64,000 nucleotides of DNA from positions 224,001 through 288,000 of the forward strand of contig CAVZRV010000011.1 in NCBI GenBank assembly GCA_963777605.1. Reading direction: 5' to 3'. Shown piece by piece: positions 9,930 to 19,702 of this stretch. Each line of letters opens with the position of its first letter. The stretch's first letter is position 1. The position numbers and the translations under genes were made by a program. The notes under the pieces were generated by a model. The model searched no databases, had not been told where the DNA came from, and saw nothing but the letters and a program-made list of their open reading frames with translations. This DNA comes from an uncultured Acidobacteriota bacterium (lineage in GTDB: Bacteria > Acidobacteriota > UBA6911 > RPQK01 > JAPXNP01).

Positions 9930-11054
9930 ATGCACATGACACGACACAACATTCCGTTGGGCAGGATTCTGGGAATTCCGATCGGCGTGGATTATTCCTG
10001 GTTCATAATCTTCCTGCTCCTGACCTGGATGCTCGCGGGCAGCTATTACCCTGCCGAATTCACGAACTGGTCCCCCCCGCTCTACTGGATCATGGGAGCG
10101 GTAACCGCGATCATGCTCTTCGTGAGCGTGCTGCTCCACGAGCTGGGACATTCTGTCCTGGCCCTGCGATACAAGATCCCGGTTCGCAGCATCACGCTTT
10201 TCCTGTTTGGAGGCGTAGCCCAGATCGGGGCGGAACCACCCAGCGCCATTGCCGAATTTCTCATCGCAATCGCAGGCCCCCTGGTCAGCCTGGGACTTGC
10301 AGTCTTCTTCTACGCGATCCAGCCAATGGTGGGCGGCATAGCGCCGCTTTTCGGCCTCGCAGAGTACCTCGCCTACATCAACCTGGCTCTGGTCGTGTTC
10401 AACCTGATTCCGGGATACCCCCTCGACGGGGGTCGTGTCTTCCGGGCGATCATGTGGCGGATTACTGGAAACATGAGGCGAGCCACGTTGATTGCCGCGA
10501 ACGTGGGCCGGTTCTTTGCGTTCGTGTTCATCTTCGCCGGCGTCTGGCAGATCTTCCAGGGCAACTTCGGGGGAGGCCTTTGGATCGCCTTCATCGGATG
10601 GTTCCTTGACAATGCCGCCTCGGCGCAGGTCCAACAATTGGCCATCCAGGGGATTCTCGCGGGTCACACTGTCGAACAGGCAATGAGCAGGAACTGTGTC
10701 TCCGTGCCCGAGAACCTGACGCTGCAACAACTGGTAGATGAGCACATCCTGGGTGGGGGTCAACGCTGTTTTCTTGTCAACGAGGGTAGCCGGACCGTCG
10801 GAATGATGACCCTTCATCGAATCCAGGAAGTACCGCGGACCGATTGGTCCACAACAAGTGCCGGCCAGGTGATGATTCCTGCCGGACAACTGAAACAGAC
10901 CTCTCCCGAGGCCGAACTCTGGTCGGCCCTCCAACAGATGGACCGTGACGGCGTCAACCAGCTGCCGGTCATTCAGGAAAGCAATTTCGTCGGAATGCTC
11001 AGTCGGGAAGATGTCATCAGTTTTCTGAGGACTCTTCGGGAACTTGGGTCATAG
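9930..11054 (+). CDS. Site-2 protease (M50) with tandem CBS domains
   Basis: HELGH, AGP, FNLIPGYPLDGG, C-terminal CBS pair. Confidence 0.93.
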   Translation: MHMTRHNIPLGRILGIPIGVDYSWFIIFLLLTWMLAGSYYPAEFTNWSPPLYWIMGAVTAIMLFVSVLLHELGHSVLALRYKIPVRSITLFLFGGVAQIGAEPPSAIAEFLIAIAGPLVSLGLAVFFYAIQPMVGGIAPLFGLAEYLAYINLALVVFNLIPGYPLDGGRVFRAIMWRITGNMRRATLIAANVGRFFAFVFIFAGVWQIFQGNFGGGLWIAFIGWFLDNAASAQVQQLAIQGILAGHTVEQAMSRNCVSVPENLTLQQLVDEHILGGGQRCFLVNEGSRTVGMMTLHRIQEVPRTDWSTTSAGQVMIPAGQLKQTSPEAELWSALQQMDRDGVNQLPVIQESNFVGMLSREDVISFLRTLRELGS

Positions 11055-11112
11055 CAAAGTCGAACAGGCCTAACGTCGATCGATCGAAGTCAACAAACGG
11101 ACAGGCCGCAAA

Positions 11113-11751
11113 ATGGAGACTCTTGAGCAGCGCGTTCGGCGGGTAATTCAGGAGGAAGTCCGGATCGTACGTTACAATCCCGTCTGGCCGGTCTGGTTTC
11201 TCCAGGAAAAGGAGCACCTCCTGGACTGTCTCCCGGATGATCTCATCCGGCGGATCGAACACTTCGGCAGCACCGCCGTTCCGGGTATGGCTGCTAAGCC
11301 GGTCGTGGACATGCTCGTGGAGGTAACCGACCTGGCCGAAGTCAGGAAACGGGTGGTTCCCATACTCGAATCCCAGGGCTACGAGTACTTCTGGCGCCCA
11401 ACCCACGGCGACGACGGACTGCCGTTTTACGCCTGGTTCATCAAGCGGAACGCGTGGGCCGGGACTCGAACCCACCACATTCACATGGTCGAAAAAAGCT
11501 TCCGGGAACACTGGGAACGCCTCCTCTTTCGCGACTACCTCATCGAGCACCCGGAGGTCGCTCTTCAGTACGCCGAGATGAAAACTCGACTGGCGTCGGA
11601 CTTCTCCCGCGACCGAGTGGCCTATACCAGCGGCAAAGCCGATTTCATCGACAAAGTCACGAAGCTGGCCAGGGAATCTCTTCAAGTGGCCGCAGAAGGC
11701 AGGAGACCGGAGACCGGAGACAGTGTCCCACCCCTTTCGAGGAGAGATTGA
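11113..11751 (+). CDS. GrpB family protein
   Basis: IEHFGSTAVPGMAAKPVVD, LLFRDYL, YTSGK. Confidence 0.9.
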   Translation: METLEQRVRRVIQEEVRIVRYNPVWPVWFLQEKEHLLDCLPDDLIRRIEHFGSTAVPGMAAKPVVDMLVEVTDLAEVRKRVVPILESQGYEYFWRPTHGDDGLPFYAWFIKRNAWAGTRTHHIHMVEKSFREHWERLLFRDYLIEHPEVALQYAEMKTRLASDFSRDRVAYTSGKADFIDKVTKLARESLQVAAEGRRPETGDSVPPLSRRD

Positions 11752-11926
11752 AAGGGAGAAACTCCGGCGCCGAATGAAGAGTTTCTGGAAAGAACACTGG
11801 AGTGAGGCTGTTCGTCGTTCATCGATTCGGTGACGCTGATTTCTCTTGTCTGGGCCCGGTGTGCATGAGACGATCGCCGCAGGGATTGGTCCCGAGTTCG
11901 AAAATCAATTGAGCGGAGGGCGCATC

Positions 11927-12430
11927 ATGGGAAATCAGATGGACCGTCGCAGAATGCTTCGCCATTCTTTGAGCGTCTCGGCCGCAGCGGTGGTGGGTGT
12001 CGGCTACGAACACAGGGCTCTCTTTGGACAAATGGTCGATCGTTCGAAGCGCAACGAGACGAAGCCTCCCGTGACCGGCTTGCAGAGCGGGAAATTCGGC
12101 GGCAGGGAGGTTTCCCGCCTGATCATCGGTGGGAATCTGGTCAGCGGATCCGCTCACGCCGGGGACCTTCTTTATCAGTCCGAATTGATGACCCGCTACT
12201 TCACGGACGAAAAGATCCGGGAGACCTGGAGGATCGCCCAGGAGAACGGCATCAACACAACCCTGATGCGAGCCGATCCTCACATCATCGGCAACTACCG
12301 GGAGTACTGCCGGACATTCGGAGAAGGTCTGCAGTGGATCGCCCAGACGGCCCCTGAGCAGGGAGACCCGGTCGAGAACGCCCGCAAGGCAGCCGACAAC
12401 GGAGCCTTTGCCGTCTACTTCCAGTTCTGA
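11927..12430 (+). pseudogene. 3'-truncated Tat-exported aldo/keto-reductase-like protein
   Basis: DRRRML Tat leader, VSRLIIGGN and GINT motifs; ends after 167 aa inside the convergent gene. Confidence 0.6.
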
Positions 12431-14085
12431 GGGACTCTGTCGTCCTCGGTGACGTCATCCCTGGAAAGGATGCGCCCTTTTTCAACACCGAAGGAGATGT
12501 CCGACCTGGTGCCTTCGATCTTGATCGGGATGACTGCCCCGGCTCCCCTTCGCTTGAAGAGTGGATCGATCGGCTTGAGTAACAATGACTTGATCCCACC
12601 CGTCATTTGGGAGACCTTCGCCTCCGTCAGGAGCTCACCACGAAAGTTAACTGATTCATCGACAAGGCTGTAATCACCATTGAGGGCGACGGTTGCACCC
12701 GGAACCTTGAAGCGCAAGCGCCGAACCTGCATCAAGCCCTTACTGAGCAAAAATTCTCCAGAGATGTCCGAAACCACAGCTTTCGGTGCAGGGCCTTCCC
12801 GTTTTGGGCGATCCCCCCGGCCCAGTTCGCTGAGCAGATTGACCTTCTCCTGAACCGCGGGAATCGGAAACTCGGTTGATCGAATCTGGAAGTGCCCCTT
12901 GAGCTGCAGTTTTTCGAGGACGTCCACCTTTCCGGGAGGAATCAGGATCTTGGAATCGAAAGAAAGAATACCCGTCAGAAGAGGCTGGTCGGTTTTGACC
13001 GCCAGCTTCAGAAAGTCCTCGATCCGTCCATCAGTTCCATCTGCCTGGAGATCGATGGTCTTGCCCTTTTCGCCGGGCTTTCCGGCCACCGAACCGTTGG
13101 CAGTAAACTTCGAGCTTTCAATCCGCACCTTGATCGGGTCCAGAAAGGTATCCCCACTCGTACCGTCTACTACGGCCTTAAATTCAGTCTCCAGGTTGAC
13201 AGGTGTCCCGACCGGCTTCAGGTAGAAGTCCGGCGTGCGGGTAGTACCCTGGACCTCAATGTGTTCCAGGACTCCGCTGAATTCACCGTCCGAGTCGAGT
13301 GTTCCTCCGATGCCACCCAGGTCCGACAAGTCTGCCCCTTCAAAGACGTACTTCCCGCCGACCGGAGATCCCCCGGGGTCAGGGAGAGTCAGTGGTCCAA
13401 AAACTCCGGTCGTCCGGATTCGGCCCGGCGGCTTGGCATTGTCCAATTCCGCCTCGAACTTCATCGGACTCCGGGGTCCAACTGACGTCATTCTGAGTTG
13501 ATGAAGATCGAATTCGAGGGGTTCCTTCTCGGGGTTCCTGGAATGAATCAAGAGCACTGCGCCGTCGGCGATCAAACGGTCGAAGACAAACACCGGCGTC
13601 TGTCTCAAGGCAGCCGAGCCGGCGCCAGATTGGTCTCCGGTTCTCTTCCGAGGAGAAATCTGGATCTCCATCTGATTGAGGTCCAGTTTTCGAATCCGAA
13701 CGGGATCGGACCAGAGGCCTTTCAATCCGACTTCGACCTTGAACTCCTCGATCTCCAGAAACGGCGGGGCTCCCTGGCGCCCCTTGAGACTCAACCGCAG
13801 CCCCTTGCCCACGGCGCTGAAGGAAGGAAGCGGGTCGAAAGTTGGTCGAACCGCGAAATCCAGTGAGGAAAGCTGAACGTCGTCGAAACGCTGGCTCAAC
13901 AGTTCGACCGCTCTTGCCCTGGCGTTTGACCTCAGCCAGTGGGCACCCCAAATGCCAACGCCGACAAGGACGCCGAAGACCGCAAGGAAGCTTATCAGGC
14001 ACCAGATCAGCAGCGACCGGATACGGGACCGCGGCGCTGATCGTTTCCGTACTTCCCCGCTTCCCCGCTTCTCCTCCGTGGTCAC
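12415..14085 (-). CDS. AsmA-like (repeating beta-groove) protein
   Basis: N-terminal TM anchor, beta-rich body, C-terminal LLKPIDPLFK..GAVIPIKIEGT. Confidence 0.75.
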   Translation of the reverse strand: MTTEEKRGSGEVRKRSAPRSRIRSLLIWCLISFLAVFGVLVGVGIWGAHWLRSNARARAVELLSQRFDDVQLSSLDFAVRPTFDPLPSFSAVGKGLRLSLKGRQGAPPFLEIEEFKVEVGLKGLWSDPVRIRKLDLNQMEIQISPRKRTGDQSGAGSAALRQTPVFVFDRLIADGAVLLIHSRNPEKEPLEFDLHQLRMTSVGPRSPMKFEAELDNAKPPGRIRTTGVFGPLTLPDPGGSPVGGKYVFEGADLSDLGGIGGTLDSDGEFSGVLEHIEVQGTTRTPDFYLKPVGTPVNLETEFKAVVDGTSGDTFLDPIKVRIESSKFTANGSVAGKPGEKGKTIDLQADGTDGRIEDFLKLAVKTDQPLLTGILSFDSKILIPPGKVDVLEKLQLKGHFQIRSTEFPIPAVQEKVNLLSELGRGDRPKREGPAPKAVVSDISGEFLLSKGLMQVRRLRFKVPGATVALNGDYSLVDESVNFRGELLTEAKVSQMTGGIKSLLLKPIDPLFKRRGAGAVIPIKIEGTRSDISFGVEKGRILSRDDVTEDDRVPQNWK

Positions 14086-14434
14086 TTTGGATCCTTGCGG
14101 TCTGCCCCGGGGTCCAGAAACCGAAATCCGGGAAAGTCAGACATTCTCGAGTTGAATTCAAGCGGATTTGCCGGGTGATTGGCATCCCTGAGTGCGCTAG
14201 CGGCCGACGTCATTATCTCGATCCCTCCCTGATTGAATGCGTCCAGAAGGTTCTTATTCAGTTCTCAGTATATCTGACCAATTTAGGCCGGCGACTCGAT
14301 GAACACGTTCAGTTCATAAGGGACGGCGAAATCCCTCTCATTCTTGTATGGTTGGGCAATCAACTCTGCCCCGGGAATTGGGGCCAACATACTGGTCGCC
14401 CCCTCTTCCGTGCCGCGTATCGTCACCGGAAGGA

Positions 14435-15853
14435 TCACCAGAGGCCGAGAACCTTCCACCAAAATCCACCGATCAGGAGCCAGATCAGGAGGTTGACGAC
14501 ACTGATCAGGAAGCCGAGTTTCCACCAGGTCCCCAGATCGATATATCCGGCACCGAAATAGATCGGGGACGGCCCGGTCCCGTAGTGGGTCATGGCTGCG
14601 TTCAGGCTGTTCATGAATCCGAGCGTGAGTGCAGCCAGGGCCACTGGCGTCCCCAATCCGATCGCCACGAGCCCGAACGGGACGTAAAACGCAGTTGCGT
14701 GCGCGGTCATTGAGGCAACGAAATAGTGGAGGTAGACGTAGGCCAGCACCAGGAGGATGAACCCCGGCAGCCAGTAGTTCATTCCGGAGAGCCGCTGACT
14801 CATGGTTCCCGCCAGAAAGTCGATGACGCCGAGTTTCCCGAGGCCTGCCGCAAGGGAGACCAGACCGCCGAACCAGACAAGGGCATCCCAGGCACCCTTC
14901 TCCGTGACAACGTCATCCCACCCCAGAACGCCAGTCAACAGCAGAGTTCCAACTGCGCCAAGGGCAATTCCGGTCACATTCAATCCGCTCCACTGACTGG
15001 TCGCCCAGCAGCCCAGGGTGACCAGAAAGACTCCCGTCATCTTCCACTCTGCTGGAGTCATCGGTCCCATGCGTTCCAGTTCGCTGCGGGCCATGCGCTT
15101 TGCATCACCGGCATGCTGCGTTTCCGGCTTCAACCACCGGTGAAGGAGCAGCGGGATCAGGGCCAGAGAGACCGCAGCGGGAACAACGGCGGCAGCAAAC
15201 CACCCGAACCAGCTGATTTCATATCCGAAACTTTGAGCGGCAAGCAGCACGATCATCGCATTGGGAGCGACCCCGGTCAGAAACATGGCGGAGGTCACCA
15301 GGTTGACCTGGAACTCGTTGTAGATCAGAAAGGCTCCGGCTTTCCTGGCAGTCGGCCCTGGCTCCGAGCCGAGGCTGCTGCACAGCGATCGGACAATCGG
15401 AAACAAAATCCCGCCGGCCCTTGCCGTGTTCGACGGAGTCGCAGGAGCGATAATCAGATCGGCCAGGGTCAGCGAGTAGCCGAGGCCCAGGGTACTGCTC
15501 CCAATTTTGCTCACGGCCAGAAAAGCGATCCTGGAACCCAACCCTGTTTTGATAAATCCCCGTGCAAAGAGAAAAGCCGTCACGATCAGCCAGACGGTGC
15601 CGTTTGCAAACCCAGCCAGGGAATCAGCGAGAGAGAGAGTCCCGGTAACGGCGGCGACCGAGACTCCAAGCAAGACGACCGCACCCTGTGGAAGCGGCTG
15701 CAGGACGAGCCCCAAAATTGTGGCAACGAAAATGGCCACGAGGTGGAGAGCGTTGACTTCCAGATTCCCGGGGGGTGGAACCATCCAAATCACAGCAGCA
15801 ACGGCGATTACAGGCAGGCCGCGGACTAGCTTACTCTTCAGGTCAGGCTGCAT
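14435..15853 (-). CDS. DASS family di/tricarboxylate transporter (CitT/TtdT-like)
   Basis: TPSNTARAGG, HYFVASMTAH, THYGTGP, WWKVLGLW. Confidence 0.9.
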   Translation of the reverse strand: MQPDLKSKLVRGLPVIAVAAVIWMVPPPGNLEVNALHLVAIFVATILGLVLQPLPQGAVVLLGVSVAAVTGTLSLADSLAGFANGTVWLIVTAFLFARGFIKTGLGSRIAFLAVSKIGSSTLGLGYSLTLADLIIAPATPSNTARAGGILFPIVRSLCSSLGSEPGPTARKAGAFLIYNEFQVNLVTSAMFLTGVAPNAMIVLLAAQSFGYEISWFGWFAAAVVPAAVSLALIPLLLHRWLKPETQHAGDAKRMARSELERMGPMTPAEWKMTGVFLVTLGCWATSQWSGLNVTGIALGAVGTLLLTGVLGWDDVVTEKGAWDALVWFGGLVSLAAGLGKLGVIDFLAGTMSQRLSGMNYWLPGFILLVLAYVYLHYFVASMTAHATAFYVPFGLVAIGLGTPVALAALTLGFMNSLNAAMTHYGTGPSPIYFGAGYIDLGTWWKLGFLISVVNLLIWLLIGGFWWKVLGLW

Positions 15854-16036
15854 GCTGATGGCTTCCCCTCCTTCAGGTCCCGTTTTCCTGTTCAGCGAAC
15901 TGAGGTTAACATTACCATCTGGTACCGGGATTCTCGGATTCCGTGATTTTGTGGGGAAAAGTAGTCACCGAAACAGCCCGGGTGTTGCCCCTGCTCAAGT
16001 AGGAAATCGGAAAACAGTGGCGAAAGGATCTTCGTG

Positions 16037-17116
16037 ATGGACAGGTTTTCAGTGGCGGTGATTCCAGGAGACGGAATCGGGATCGAAGTCGTCGCGGCAG
16101 CTAAACGGGCCCTCGACATCGGGTGCGCACTCGACGGAGGTATCCGGCTCGATTACACCGAATTCCCCTGGGGATGCGAGTACTACCAGCACCATGGCCG
16201 GATGGCGCCAGAGGGCTTCATTGAAACGCTCTCGGCGTTCGACAGCATCCTCCTCGGCGCAGTCGGGTTTCCCGGAGTGCCCGATCATGTCTCCTTGTGG
16301 GGGCTGCTCCTGCCGATTCGCCGCCAGTTCGAACAGTACGTCAATCTGCGCCCGGTCCGGGTTCTCCCCGGAGTCACGAGTCCCCTTCGAGGGCGGCAGG
16401 CGGGCGATTTTGATTTCGTTGTGATCCGGGAGAACACCGAGGGTGAGTATTCCAGCTCTGGAGGGAGGATCCACTCCGGATTTCCGCACGAACTGGTCAT
16501 CCAAAATACGGTTTTCACGAGGGTCGGCACTGAACGAATCATTCGGTATGCGTTCGCGCAGGCCCAAAAAGCCTCCAGAAAACGCCTCTGTGGTGCAACA
16601 AAATCAAACGGGATCAACTGGACGATGCCCTTCTGGGATGAAGTCTTCAACGAAATTGGCGAACAGGAGTTCCCGGAAGTGCAGCGGAGCCTGACTCACA
16701 TCGATGCACTGAGCGCATTTTTTGTTCTCAAGCCGCAGGAATTCGACGTCGTCGTGGCGTCGAACCTGTTCGGCGACATCCTGACCGACCTCGGTGGTGC
16801 CATCGCCGGGGGAATCGGGATCGCACCCTCAGCCAACATCAATCCTGAAAAGCGCTTCCCGTCGATGTTCGAGCCGGTCCACGGCTCAGCTCCAGATATT
16901 GCCGGGAAAGGCATCGCCAACCCGATCGGGCAGATCTGGTCGGCCTCGATGATGCTCGATCACCTTGGACGTCCTGACCTGGGCGGTCGGTTGCTGCAGG
17001 CAGTCGAGAGAACCCTTTCGGAAACCAATTTGAGAACTCCGGATTTCGGGGGGACCGCAACGACCACTGAGTTCACCGACGAAGTCATCGCTCAGTTGAA
17101 ATCCTGCGACTGGTGA
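16037..17116 (+). CDS. Tartrate dehydrogenase / D-malate dehydrogenase (decarboxylating)
   Basis: PGDGIG, PDHVSLWGLL, RENTEGEYS, TKSNGI, NLFGDILTD, FEPVHGSAPDIAG. Confidence 0.92.
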   Translation: MDRFSVAVIPGDGIGIEVVAAAKRALDIGCALDGGIRLDYTEFPWGCEYYQHHGRMAPEGFIETLSAFDSILLGAVGFPGVPDHVSLWGLLLPIRRQFEQYVNLRPVRVLPGVTSPLRGRQAGDFDFVVIRENTEGEYSSSGGRIHSGFPHELVIQNTVFTRVGTERIIRYAFAQAQKASRKRLCGATKSNGINWTMPFWDEVFNEIGEQEFPEVQRSLTHIDALSAFFVLKPQEFDVVVASNLFGDILTDLGGAIAGGIGIAPSANINPEKRFPSMFEPVHGSAPDIAGKGIANPIGQIWSASMMLDHLGRPDLGGRLLQAVERTLSETNLRTPDFGGTATTTEFTDEVIAQLKSCDW

Positions 17117-17230
17117 TCCGGCGAAGGGCTCCTCATCCCGTGGTCAGCAGGCATTCGCTGTCTCCCGGCAACCCATGGGAGGCCCGAACGCCCCTTCGGA
17201 AAATCCCCGCTCAGCGCGACCGTCTGGTTC

Positions 17231-17763
17231 TCAGTCCTTCTTCTCCAGGAAGCTCTCCAGGTCTTTGATAGCGTCCCTGGCAACTGACTGGCTACTTAAT
17301 GTCCGCCTCTCGTAATAGCGAATGACCTTCGGAGGCTGTGAACTGGTGAGAATCGCGAATACATGAAAGAAACGTTGGGTCGGCATGGCCGCGTCACCGC
17401 CGGCCGGGTCGTCCGGAAACATTGACGGATGGTTGCCATGGGTATAAGTCTGGTAGTCGTTAAAGACCACCACGTCCGCAGACTCCGGATCCTGCGTTTC
17501 AGTCCACCCGAACTGCTTTTCGAGCTCCATCGCCAGCTTCTTTGCCTCATCCTGGTTGGGAGCTTTCGCGAGCCAATAGGTATGCACATCACGCAGGACC
17601 TCGCGACACTTCGACGCCGGTTTTACTTTCGCCAATTGGTCCAGGCGGTAGGCGGGTTGCGTCGTCCCTGGATCAGTCTGAGGGCTGGCCAAAGTGAGCG
17701 CGGAATCTGACCAACAGAACGGCGAGGAACAAGGGATACGTCGCTAAGATGGATCCTGCTCAT
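17231..17763 (-). CDS. Hypothetical secreted protein (apparent indels in signal peptide)
   Basis: ORF 17231..17692, plus upstream ATG with RBS and a hydrophobic LATYPLFLAVLLV stretch in a shifted frame. Confidence 0.45.
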
Positions 17764-18275
17764 CGCATCGACTCCATTTTCACTCCCTATACTCTAGCTT
17801 GATGCGAATAACAGAGTCAAGGTTCAAACATCACCCGTCGATGGCCGGTTGCAGATCCTCACAGTTCCCTACAAAACCCATAGATCTTATGAAATTGGGC
17901 CATAACAAATATGGTCTTTGCAGGATGACTCTCCTGGCACAGGGCTCCGGGATTGCGTCTTCCGATCAATAAAAGATCAGTATATTCATAGGTTTGGCAA
18001 TCTCCCGTCCTGATCACCCGGAGTCTGGAACGTTTCTTGCTTCAGCTACTTCGAAATCAAATTCCATCCGCCAGGGCCGGGGGCGGCCCGTCACGCTTCA
18101 ACATGGAATGGTATGCAGCCTGCGGAGTCGCGACTGGCCAGGATCCGGTCTGGGGATGGAGAGTCCTTGGAATTCACGTTTCTCAAGTGAGGATGCTCTC
18201 TCAGCGTCGGTCGAGTAAGGCTTTTGCGAAGACTGACTTGATGCATCCGCGACAGACCAAAGGAGGGTGGTCAAA

Positions 18276-19390
18276 ATGCGAGTATCTACATCAATCCTGG
18301 GAGCAGGGGTTGCCGGTTTGGTAATGATGGTGGGTGGCGTCCAGACTGCGTACGGCCAGGGGTGAGTGGTCGCCCGTCAGGGTGCGCCCGTGATTGGCGC
18401 AATTACGCAGACAAGTCGGGCATTCGGTGAGGGCGGAGAGGCAGGGACCGGCACCAGGCCGAGATCGCCTGCAGACAAGTGGCTGATCGCTGTTGGATAC
18501 CGATGGCAAGATTCGTTCCGCCATTTTCGCGGACCCAACGAGGAAGCGAATCGGATTGCCGACGGCACTCAGGTCGAAAACAGACTGCACCTGTTTGACG
18601 TCGCGGTCAGCTACCAGGCGTCTCCACGATGGAGCGTCAATGCAAGTGCTCCCTTCATGACTGTGGACCGCATCTCTCACGGTCCCGGAACCGTGACTGG
18701 GAGTGCCGGAATCGGTGACATGTCGGTTGGGGCGAAGGTTTGGCTCTTTAAACCTCCTACCGAGTCCGGGCCAGAACATCCAGGTCGGATTCTCTCTGAA
18801 ATTACCCACAGGGGATTCCAACGTCACAGACCAGGTCGGAGACAGCACCGTGGTCGTGGACCAATCGATTCAGTTGGGAGATTCGGGAACCGGGTTTTCA
18901 GTCGATTACACGGCCTTCAAGACGATCAACCGATTCACTTTGTTCTCCTCGGGGGTCTACCTCTTCAACCCGAAAAACTCTTATACTCCAAAGGGATGGA
19001 ACGAATCTTATCGACCTCCCGGCTACCCGGGCTACTCCAGGCCGGGAACGGTCTATTCCGTTCCTGACGCGTATCTCGTCCAGGCTGGGATTCGGATACG
19101 CCCCACCAAAGCCGTTTTACGGTTTAGCGCTTACGGCCACAGGTCGGATTGAGGGGATTCCGGCATTCGACGTCATCGGTGGAGAGGACGGTTTCCGTCG
19201 TCCCGGGTATGCAGTGTCGGTGGGTCCGGGCTTGATGTTTACCAAGAACAGCGACACATTTTCATTCAGCGTCCCAATTGCTGTCTATCGCAACCGGACC
19301 AGAAGCGCTTCCGACATTGAGAGCGGGAGGCATGGAGATGCGGCTTTTGCCGATTACCTGATACTGCTCGCGTATTCCCGTACCTTTTAA
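18276..19390 (+). CDS. Outer-membrane beta-barrel 'transporter' (MetA-pathway-like) with in-frame UGA, candidate selenoprotein; internal frameshifts
   Basis: GGAGG RBS, signal peptide ending AYG, then QG-TGA(18363-18365)-VVAR in frame; GIGDMSV, LKLPTG, QLGDSG, FRRPGY motifs; C-terminal YSRTF. Confidence 0.72.
18383..18401 (+). promoter_or_regulatory. Candidate bacterial SECIS hairpin
   Basis: tgcgcc-cgtgatt-ggcgca starting 17 nt after UGA; GU at loop positions 2-3. Confidence 0.5.
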
Positions 19391-19702
19391 GGCTCCGTTC
19401 GCACGACCGGTCGCCCGTTCGCAAACTGCGCCCTGTGGGGCGGTCTCAGCCGCCGCCGGGGTCGGGAAGGGTGCGAACGGGCCATCCTGGTCTCAGTCGG
19501 GCGAGCGAGGGCGCCGATCGCGCACCTGTTTGCGGACTCATTTGGTCGACGAAGCGTTCATCGCGCTTCCGCGGCGCAGACGACCCCATATCGCTCGAAT
19601 GGTCGAAGCCTCCAGGAACGAAGGGAATCGGGTTCGACTGGTACCCGACTTCTTCCGTTTCAGTAGAAATTCGCTTAGACCGCGGGCAGTTGCCGATTTC
19701 GA

